A stretch of 64,000 nt of DNA from Chlorokybus atmophyticus (taxonomy: Eukaryota > Plantae > Mesostigma and Chlorokybus algae): assembly GCA_009103225.1 (NCBI GenBank), contig RHPI01002076.1, positions 62,001 through 126,000 on the forward strand. Reading direction: 5' to 3'. This document shows, in pieces, positions 49,155 to 59,087 of this stretch (positions within the stretch are counted from its first letter, which is position 1; the number at the start of each line of letters is the position of its first letter). The position numbers and the translations under genes are program-made. The notes below the pieces were generated by a model. The model did no database searches, was not told the origin of the DNA, and worked only from the letters and a program-made list of their open reading frames with translations.

Positions 49155-50364
49155 CGGGGTCGTGGATTGTGCGTATCTGGCCAAGTACCAGTACCATCAT
49201 TGTCGCCATGGTACATCTTGCAGAGGCTGAAGATACCACTGCACTTATGGTGGGTTTTCGGACTGGCCATGTCCCTCCACGGGGTGTGCGTTGGTGTCAG
49301 TTTACTTCCACAATGCTGCTGCTGGCAGTGGTGTGCAGATACATTCATGCCCACTGAGTTGATGATCTGGTGCATCGCAGGGGCTCTGCAGCCGTCCAAT
49401 GACATCTGCAATGTACCAGGACAGGGGCTTTGGCATGCATGGAGCTATGTCATTGCTTCGCAAGCTAGTTGCGGCTGTGTGTTCTTTACAGTGAGGTCGT
49501 TGCCCACATGGTGACATGTTGCAACCTGGCCTGCTGCGCTACGCATGTTTGGGCAGTCCACAATTAGGTGGTGATGGTCATTGGGCTGCACCGGGCCGGG
49601 TCGGGACGAGTGTGCTTTCCTCCAATGCAGCATCGGTGTAGGTTGGTGCCTCAACGCGCCACTTTCGACTCATACTGGAGGCCTGCAGTGCGACATGACC
49701 TGCGTGCCTTTGCACATGATGAGCAGTTGTTGTGGCAGGTTTAGCCAAATCCAACCTTAATAGTACTATGGTGTGCATTTGTGTACTCTGCAAGTCTGTG
49801 TACATAAATGTACAGCATGCATGTGGTTACTGCCAGAACAGACATCCAGGATCACAACTGCCCGTATCAATGCAATGCCGTCACAACTAAACTACCACAA
49901 CAACAGCTATTAGTACAACAACAGCTAGCCAGCAGCACGACCACCATTATTTTATGCAGAGGTGTGCAACAAACGCCAATGTATAAGATAAGAGCACTTG
50001 CGGACTGAACAGTCACTAGCCCTTCAACTGACAACATTCACCCGCTAGTTTAGTACCACTGGCGTGGTGCATAGCGGACTGTCGTTGACATTTGGAGTAA
50101 TCCAACAAAAATAGCAGCATCACAGTCTATCAGTACACTTATTGTGTCCCAAGTTGCTCAATGCACAGCAATCACTTATGCACAACCGGGTATGACATCA
50201 AAAGCAGAATCACCATATACACACACAAAACAAAATATAGCAAAAAGAGGACAATGGCTTCACCTACAACTGAGCCGCAATCAGAACCAACAAGTAAAGT
50301 CTGGTCTCACATCACCAAAACAAACTAACGCGAGTGTAATATACTTAAGCAACAACAATGTGAC

Positions 50365-53129
50365 CTACACCATGGTAACATCACTGCCTTCACTGCCATC
50401 GCTGTCTGCGCCAGAGTCGCTGGACAACTGACCACGATCAGATACTGCAGGCCCCTCACTGTTGTAGTCTACATCCCCATCTTCCATGTCGCTGTCACTG
50501 TCGCCTGCTGACGCATTGCTGGAACGTACATAGAACATCGGAGCTGCAGTGCTGTCGAAGCCGTTGAAGTTGCTGCCAGCAGCCATGGTGTAGGCTCCCA
50601 TGTCAGAAAACATGAGCCAGTCTCCGCAAGCCAGCGGAGGCAGCCAAGTGTCCTTCAAGACAGTGTCGAGACCATCACAGGTTGGCCCAAAAACAGTGGA
50701 GCGATACTGCTTAGAACCAGCACTGTCGCCACGCGGCTGCAGAGGTCTCGCAAAAAGAGTGGCATGATCATACAGGAGGCAGTTCATGGAGCCGTACAGG
50801 CCGTCGCTGATCCAGTACTCCTGCACAGGCTCTCCAGAGTTGCTGCGCCTAACACGAGTTCCAAAAATGTTGCTCGCCAATGCTGCTGCTGACTCCGCGA
50901 AGAACCTGCCTGGCTCTGCAATCACCCTAACTCCGGAGCTGGCCGGGAAGTGCAGATTTAAGGCAGCATTGATGGCATGGGCAACGTCAGCAAAGGAAAG
51001 GCCGCCAGCAATACCGCCACCGGAAAACCCACCACCGATGTCAAGGACAGTCATCTGGGGGAGCCCAAGCTGCTCCGTAAGCTCAAACACATGGCGGGCA
51101 GCTTCAATTGCTGCAGAGAATGCGGCTGGGTCACTTGCCCCACTGCCAACGTGGAAGTCTACACCTTCCACTCTGACACCAAGCTTCTGAGCGGTCAGAA
51201 GCAAGTGCTCAACTTCTGCCATCTCCGCACCGTACTTGACTCCCAGTGGGCACCTGGCGAGCTTGTCATCTGCTCGGATGCGCAGCAACATTCTTGCATT
51301 CGGATCTGACACCTTGACCTTGTGCAGCTCCGACTCAGCATCAAAAGACATCAGATGGACACCAGCTGCAGCAGCGTGCGCAATATGCGCTGGTAGCTTG
51401 CAGGGGTTGGAGAACACGATACGATCAGGTGTCACTCCGAGCTGCATGACCTTGCATAGCTCAGCCTTGCTGGCGACATCAAATCCTGCGCCTTGGGCAG
51501 CAAGCACGGCCAACAGAGCGTTGTCTGGGTTGCACTTGACAGCATAGTAGGCCTGCACGCGTGGCAGCAGTTGAGTCCACTCTGCCCAACGGCGCTCCAC
51601 TGCACCGAGATCCATCACATAGAAGGTCTCCTCCAAGCCATGCTCCACAATGCAGTCCTTAGCGAACTGGTCGTACTCAGCAGACAGGGATTTCCCGCCC
51701 AAGCGCACAGCACCAAACGCATCATATACAGCCTCGAGGTTGCCAGCATCAACATGCCTGCTAACTTGCTTCAGCAATGCTTGCTCTTCCAGCATGGCCT
51801 TCTTTGTCACCGACGTGGCAGCAGTCGCACAGTTGGCAGATCCGCTACCTCCCTTGGCAACTGTGCCAGTAGCCGTTAGCTCGCAGCGTGCTGCGCGCAA
51901 GGGGCGTCCATCATTCAAAGTGAAGTTGTAGAAGGCAACACTTCCGCCATTGAGCAGAGACTGCTTGGTCCCGTTCAAGACCTTGTACCCAGCAGCGGAG
52001 ACAGATGTTGCCCACATGCCCTGCTTTGCAGTGGAGGCACCATCGATGGTGATTGCCACAGACACACGACCTGGCTTGAACACGCACAGCACCCTTGCCA
52101 GCAGTGCATGGATGTCCAGATCAGTTCCGCAGCCACTGGCTTCGAAACTGGCGTAGCTGAAACCAGACTCAGGTGTCACATGGATGGTGCTGTGCGCTGC
52201 ACCATCAACTCCGTTCATGGAGTAGCCGCACGGCTCGAACATGAAGGCATCAATCTCCATGCTTCGAATAAGCTCACTGATAGCGGAAGTCCTTGTAGTC
52301 TCTGCAGCACTGATATAGTCTGGACTACGGAAGAACTGCGCAGCCAAGGATTCGTCCAGCTCAGTCATGCAAACTTCAATTGTGCGGTGGCACGCAGTTG
52401 CCGTTTCCTCAGCATCAGCAGTATAGACATGCCAGTGTGGCCCCCCACCTAGCGCATCACCTAGCACGAATGCTCTACTGCCGCCGGCCAACTTGCCAAA
52501 GTAGCGTTCTAGGAACTCCGTCTCCTGTTCAAAGCTACCATGAGGGTATGGCTGGACTTGAGGAAACATGAAAGTTCCTCGAGAGAACTTGACGCGTCGA
52601 ATTGGCATCTTCAGCTGGCCAGCTAGCTCAAGGATGCTTGGCACAGCCTACGCAACAGAACAAGCATGAGACTTGCAGAAGACTACTGCAATGCCCAGAA
52701 GTGCAACTGGCCAAAGTACACGACAGAACAACCATGAGACTTGCAGAACAGTGAGCTGCAGTGCCAACAAGCACAACTGACCTACACGAATTTAGAAACA
52801 AAGTATACCTTCAACAGTGCCGTAGTGCCACATGTCTTCAGCACCAGCTTTGTCGGGTAGACAAAAAGACTCGACTCCGACAACACATACGAGTCGAAGT
52901 AGTCGTTGCTCAGCTGGGAAATGATGGTGCACTCAGCAACCTGCAACATCTTGTCCAGCTGGGATCGAGTCAACTGTCGTAAGCCCTTGTCAGACCGTGA
53001 CTTGGGCAGGTAGAAATCCAATTCAAGGCGCTTCTCAAAGCCCTCAAAGCCGGGAGCCGGGAGGCACTCCACCGCCAAAGTGGGAGGCACAGCAACCGGC
53101 TCGTCTCCATGAATGTCAGGCATTCCCAT
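50365..53129 (-). CDS. SAMDC-ODC: Bifunctional S-adenosylmethionine decarboxylase - ornithine decarboxylase fusion, 2 exons, 867 aa
   Basis: GCCGCCATGG start at 53129; exons 53129-52809 and 52647-50365 (161-nt GT-AG intron). SAMDC motifs: [14 protein letters not shown]|[33 protein letters not shown] motifs: [59 protein letters not shown]. No stop or intron between the domains. Confidence 0.96.
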
Positions 53130-53292
53130 GGCGGCTGGGAACCAAACAGACACGCACGAAGCGATAGCGATAGCACCCGACAAAGGGTGGATTGGTGGGT
53201 GGGGTGACCCGGAAGACGGCCCGCTGCCGTCTTGGCGCGGGCTGCTCCTAAATACCTTCAGCAGGGGAAAGAGCTAAACTAACTAACCACTA

Positions 53293-53528
53293 TCAGGAAG
53301 GCATGCGCACACACTGCACAACACACCACCGTGTCAGTAACCGTAATCAATATTTATCTCCAGCAGACATGCAAACAGACACAACAGGTAGCGCAGTGCC
53401 AGATAACTTACGTCTGCGTATGCAGCAGTGTGGAACTTCGGGATGCCGTCTGCGCGTACGTCCTCCACAGTGTATTGCAGGTGAAACTCAGAGTACGTGG
53501 TCTTGGACTTGCCGCCCTTGCGCTCCAT
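53293..53528 (-). CDS. Conserved plant-type SAMDC regulatory uORF, 45 aa, split by a 98-nt intron
   Basis: Exons 53528-53412 and 53313-53293 give MERKGGKSKTTYSEFHLQYTVEDVRADGIPKFHTAAYAD|CVRMPS*. Donor gtaagt, branch-like CTGAC, acceptor gtgcag. Aligns with the recalled plant consensus MESKGGK..GYSIEDVRPNGGIKKFRSAAYSNCARKPS*. Confidence 0.9.
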
Positions 53529-53537
53529 GGTCAATAC

Positions 53538-53771
53538 CTCTGCAGCGATGACAGCGTCATCAGCCAACTATGCTACTACCGTGAGTAATTTGCCAGACTG
53601 CTACCCCATTCAATGCTTGCATAAGATGCAACAAAAAGCGCAAACGTGCAAGAAGTGTGACTGAGCGAACGGAGATCAACGATCAACGATCAACGTTGAT
53701 CGTTGATCTCCGTTGACACAATACTGCTGACTGCTGCAAACTCGATAGACTTGCAGCTTACATACTCGCAT
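53538..53771 (-). promoter_or_regulatory. Predicted tiny uORF (Met-Arg-Val-stop) whose stop codon is created by splicing
   Basis: Putative leader exon 53822-53762 (acceptor ttctttgcgtag, donor gtaagc) ends ATG CGA GTA T. Joined to acceptor gctgcag at 53539 it gives TAG, 9 nt before the small-uORF ATG. Depends on predicted splicing. Confidence 0.5.
53668..53714. repeat. Perfect 20-bp inverted repeat (hairpin, 7-nt loop) built from GATCAAC units
   Basis: AACGGAGATCAACGATCAAC (53668-53687) and GTTGATCGTTGATCTCCGTT (53695-53714). Confidence 0.95.
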
Positions 53772-55297
53772 CGCCCTTAAGCAACAAGCGACTCGTGCAA
53801 TACCAATGTTGATATTTTAAGCCTACGCAAAGAACACCACTGCCACCCTGTAGCCTAAACCCTAGCTGCCTAACCTCAAGCCAGCAATACTACGAGCACC
53901 CCAAGCAGCGCCCAAATCAAGTTCAGGGGCAATAAGGATCAGCAATAAGGATGTATAAACCACGCAGCTCAATGCGCATAGGGAGTCTGCAACCCATCAG
54001 CCCTAGACCAGCTTGCTTGCTTGGCAGCAAGCTGACAACTCACCGTGATTAACGCGGTCCAGAGAAACGCCAGCTTGACAGCTTCACCCAGCAGCGCACC
54101 ACGGCGCTCCTCACCGCAAGCAAAGAGAAAGCCCAAAGACGGGGGCGGCGACGGCGACCCCGGGAACGGCGGCAGCGACGGCGGCGACAAGTGCACACAG
54201 CAGGAGTTGTGGGCCACGTATTTGTGGACCGCGGCAAATGTGGCGGCTGATTCAGCCGGGCTCACAGCTGCTTGCGGTGCTATGCAAGGCAACTGAACAA
54301 CGAGCCCACAATATTCCTATCTGCAACCTACCGTGCCGGTTTGCACGCAATCGCCGGGTTTACTACTGTAACCGCCGAGTGCGTTAGCATGCCCGCCCGC
54401 GCCATTCAAGTGCGAATGGCACCGCGCATGCCGGTTTCTGCTTTCTAATCCGCATCTGCTATTAGCAAACGGCACGGTTGGTTGCAAACAGCATTACATT
54501 ATAAAATCGAGTTTCATATCGTTATTCTCGACTGACGCTGTTGCCAGTCTGAAGACCCCCCTCCTTTCAAAAGACCTCCATCCCTATAATGAGTGTAATG
54601 GTTGCATTGTATACAACTTTATGCTTCTTCAACAGAAGGGGTGGGGAATTCAGTTAAAACAGGGGGTCTGTTCGAGTTGGTAGGGTAGACAACCAAACTA
54701 CGATGAGTCATCGTCTGTGACTGATACTTTAAACGTATTAAAATGTAAACGTATTAAAATGGTAATGCACAAATGGTACCGTACAATAATGATCATCTTT
54801 CCTATGATAAACGATTCTTATATTAATGAAAGCTTGGTAAGGTTTGACTTGAGCTTTTTGTGAGCTTAGTAATGTTCACGCACGTAACCCTCGTTTTCGC
54901 ATAATAAAGAGGGATCAGCCTTCCAAACGCATGCGTAATGTGTATATGTCTTTATTCACAATTACAATTTATAACCACCTTGTACGAGCCCTCCCACGCA
55001 TGACGGAACTTGATTGCACACAATGTAGCTATAGCCGCTGACGGTAAGGCTTGCGACTCACCGCGTGGGACCTTGTTCAAAATCACATTAGTAAATGTAA
55101 AAAAGAGGGGATGATAAGGTGCAGCATTGCAACGTGCCTGTTGCCTAGCATGCGCATCCTCCAAGTTCTAGATTGTGGCTGCATGGAATACCGGTATCTA
55201 GCTTTTGGTATGGAGCTCATGCTACACGTTTGCATACAAAGCTATATGACTTGGGTAATTACGGTTGAAGTTCAGCCCTCACACGGTGTAAGGGCTG

Positions 55298-55622
55298 CCG
55301 TGTTTACCCGTTCACAGTGCCCCCCTTCCAACATAGTGCCCCCCCCCAAATTAAGGGGGGGTAATTGTATTCAAGGGGGCACTCAATTTGGAGGGGGCAT
55401 TGTATTTAGATTATGCCGTCTGATCGCATTTGACTGTATCGCACACGAGAATTGTGTAACATAACCGTACCCAAGTGTAACCTACTGTATTTATGCATAA
55501 CTCCATAGCAGGGGGGCACTGTATATGGAATAAAGGGCATAATACAACTTAACAATGTGCCCCCCATAGATTTTTAAAGGGGTAATTGTAATAGGGGGGG
55601 CATCGTAAACGGGTAAATACGG
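55298..55622. mobile_element. MITE-like non-autonomous DNA transposon (~325 bp) with imperfect TIRs
   Basis: Left end CCGTGTTTACCCGTTCACAGTGCCCCCCT; right end AGGGGGGGCATCGTAAACGGGTAAATACGG followed by TA. Internal repeat TGCCCCCC..AAGGGG(G)GTAATTGTA occurs twice. Confidence 0.65.
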
Positions 55623-55829
55623 TATATCTTTATGAGACAGCTTCAAGTCGGTTGCAAGCATCATAAATGATTGGCTTTCCACCACACATAAGGCCCTGCC
55701 TTACGGAACTTTCAACTTGAATGACTCAATTGTTTGGAACTTGGTGCTCTCGTTACCTGCTACCATCTGCAAAGGTAGCCGCGGATAACCATAAGTCTAA
55801 ATAGGAATGTGAAGTCATGTATAGCTAGG

Positions 55830-56450
55830 GTGTTAACGTTGCTCAAAGTGCGATGAAGCCACTCTATGTGGCACACAAGCCATTAGACTCGAGTCTCAGC
55901 TCAGAGTGGTAAAGAGATGGTGAAACTTCGACTTTTAACATTCTGTGTACGGCCATGGCTCGATGTCTGAAGCCTTGATTGCAGAGATATCTGGTTGGTC
56001 ACCTATGGCGCTTGATGATGGAAAGCAGGAAGACCGCCTCGTGTGTTGCAGCAGCTACAGAGTTGGCTAACACCTTAGCGAACTCCCCTTCCTATTGGGA
56101 GGGGAGAAGTATTAGTCCACCTTGTCAATACTCCACACACACCACCGCAAAATGGTTCAAACGTTTCGCGGTGGTTAACGTTCCCACGATGAGGGGCAAG
56201 TTGCCCTTAATGGTGGGAAGGAAGAGACAATGTCCCCTGCAATGAGCTGAACGGTTCATAAGCAGTGATGGATCAAAGCAAGATTGGCGACAATGCGAGG
56301 GCCCTTTAATTGCTAGTACAGACCGCTGGACTGAAGTACTCCTTCTCGATTCGAAGTCTTAGCTAAAGGAAAATGACATGCAACTTGTGGAGAATTGTGG
56401 AAGCCAAGTGTGTCTTATAAGACAATTTTCATGAAATGGCGGAAGCCTCA
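55830..56450 (-). mobile_element. Decayed LTR-retrotransposon (gypsy-like) integrase fragment
   Basis: Frameshifted remnants in integrase order: EPF/QLIAGDIV, VGTLTTAKRLNHFAVVCVEY/TRW, FLLSIIKRHR*PTRYLCNQG, SLYHSE..SNGL/IEWLHRTL. Confidence 0.65.
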
Positions 56451-59087
56451 GACAAACACTTTCCATTAACCACAGAGCCGTGCATGCATTAAGCCCCCTA
56501 TCACCTCAGAGGAGAGCTCGCCTTTCCATGGGTGGCCGCGGATCAGACCAACGGAACTGCTTGCTGTGCCTTCAGGAGCTGATGGCGCGAAGGAAGCTGG
56601 AGCTGAGGCCAAGCAGGAGCAAATGCTGGCGCTGGTGGCTCGCTTCTAATGTTCCAACACTACTGAGTATGTTGCCAAGGCTTTCAACCCCTGCCCTTTT
56701 GGCGAGAGCGCGAAGTGCTGTGCGCAGCAACATGGCAGAGGAGGTGGAGGCGGAGGCGGAGGAGCAGAAGGCAGGAATAAGACAAGTGGAAGCTCAGCAG
56801 GCGCAGCGGTTGCTGCGGGTTTCCCCAAGCGGCAGCATTTTGGAGGTTGACGCCTGCCTTGGTAAGCTTGACCTCGGCCTGGTCTGGATCTATGCCTGCC
56901 AGGTTGCAGCTCGTCTGCCAGACCACGGTGGCTTGTGTCTCAAAGGGCCTGTTTGGTTGTTTAGTCAGCCTGCGTTTGCATGCTTGGAACAAGCATTGCG
57001 AGGAAAGCAGCTTGCCGTGTCATGTCAGCGTCATGGCGCGTTTGAGTGTTGTGTAGGATGTAGCCCTGGCCGTATATGTTAATGGCTACATGGCGCTTGA
57101 CTAAGACCCCGACAACGAGCAACATTGCGAATTGAGCTTTCGTGTGTGCTGTTTACCCAACGAAACTAGTTTGGTGCCTTGTGGTGTCTTGTGGCTCATG
57201 CTGCTGTCTGAAATTGTAAAAGCAGATAAATGAAGTGGCGGACTGCAGATGGTGAGCTGACAGCTCACTCGCCAGGCAGTGCCCAATCCGCACAGCAAAA
57301 CATATCCAGATGTGACGCGTTACAACAAGATGTATGTCATCGGGTCACGTGGAGCCAGTTTCAGGGTTGAATGCCACACAACCGCCTGTGTGGATTGTTT
57401 TAACATACGCGCATCTGTGCTTGTTGAAATCGGAATCAACGAAAAGCGTCTTGTGCACTGCTACACGAGCTACAAAGGCAGACCTGTCATGTTCAAAAGA
57501 TAGCTTGCAGCTGCCAATCTCCAAACACAAGCGCTTCATCTTCGCATCTCTCGGTGCTGCTGGCTCACTAACCTTGCAGGTGAAGCGAGTGTCACGAGCG
57601 CCGGCGTAATTACAGGAAAATCTTATGTGGAGCAAGAGTTGCCCAACTCCTGCTCCTTTGCCGTATGTGGACACGGTGTTTACAAAGTTTGTGAAGAAGT
57701 TGCTCGGTAAGAATGTTATCGAGCGGCTTTTTAACATTTCTCAAGGTGGCCTCCCCAATATTGACGCTGGCGACAAAGTCAGCTGCTCGCAAAAGACCTC
57801 ATAGTAAGTTGTGTAAGGGCGGTGTCTCGGGTTCTTCTCGCTGCGAGTTGAAACAGCGGATGTGTTGCAGTTGCGAGGCATGTTGTCGCGCACCAACCCC
57901 CAAACATGCCAAGCTTTATGAGAAGGCAAAGTCGTCGGCAAGGCTGAAAGCAAGGTTGTTGTTGCCCTATGTGCCTTGCTCCACAGGCCCGTGAAGTTGG
58001 AGGCACCTGCAAGGTGGCGCATGCGCACACGTGATGGAGTACAATTTCACTGGCGACAGCAATGAGGATGATGAGATTTAGGTGTGGACGGTTTCCAAGA
58101 GTTAAAATAGGTCTAGTTGTGGAGACAGTGACAAAGCAGCTATGTATACCTGTACATTATGCACACTGTGGCACTTGTACATAACAGCTGCAGTTATGTA
58201 CATAACAGCTGCAGTTTTCTACGTAAGGCTAAGGTGCATTAATCATTCTTCAGGTCTACTAATCAACGTACATTAGTGCTTGTACATTTGTACAATCATC
58301 GTAGCTGCTAACAGCACTGCGCCGACCTCTTGTCAGTGATGCGACGCCAAGATGCCATGCAGCTTGCAGCATGCATAGTACATGATGGCTGTACGCACAA
58401 AAGAGACTCTGATTGGTTGTGGCAACGGTTGCCACAACCAACTAGGTCCTGTTGCTGAACAAGTTGCTGCCATCTCTGTTGGGAAGAAGGACCAATCCTC
58501 CCTTTGCATGGCGTGGCCTGACCGCTACTACTGTGTGAACTACACGAGCCACACAAATCTGACTGCTCGTGTAGAGAGTAGCACAAATTGGTTGCCCACT
58601 GCGGCAATGTTGAACCATGATTTTTGCATGAGCTGTCACCTCTTATCATGTATTCCTGCATGTATACGAGTTAAGCATACACATTCGTATGATGCCATCA
58701 CTCGAAGCCATGTTGCCTTTATTGCTGCTGTGTCAGGCGTAATGCTACGGTCGATCAGCAATTCGTATCCAATTCTGCAGCGCATACATAGTGATGCACG
58801 CCGTGTGCATGGATGTGAACTTGTATTTGATGGATTTCCCAATGTTGTTCTTTGCAAATGTTGCAAGGTGTGCTGCTGGCTAGTTGCAGTGTAACATCGA
58901 CAGAGTGCGCGGCAGCATGTGAGACTACAATAAGCACACCCGCATACAACTTGAAGAAAAAGCTTCTGCCTCGATTACATTCCTTTCCTGTGTACTAGCG
59001 GATTCACAACAATGCGAGCTGCGCTTGCCCACTAGGCTACATACAATCTCTTCTCGCTCCATTTACACGCAGTCTTGGCTCGAGAGC

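Noticed and set aside
51700-51950. SAMDC and ODC as two adjacent genes merged by the ORF caller
   Set aside because: No stop codon, convincing intron or separate promoter at the junction; the frame is continuous
53135-53411. In-frame fusion of the uORF peptide to SAMDC via the AG at 53257-53256
   Set aside because: The frame would be open, but this site looks like a donor (AAG|gtattt), and the 53314 acceptor restores the conserved C..PS* end
53531-53560. Unspliced tiny ORF MTLSSLQRY* ending 2 nt before the small uORF
   Set aside because: Its ATG lies in a branch-point/acceptor region (CTGAT..ctgcag) of the predicted intron; relevant only if that intron is retained
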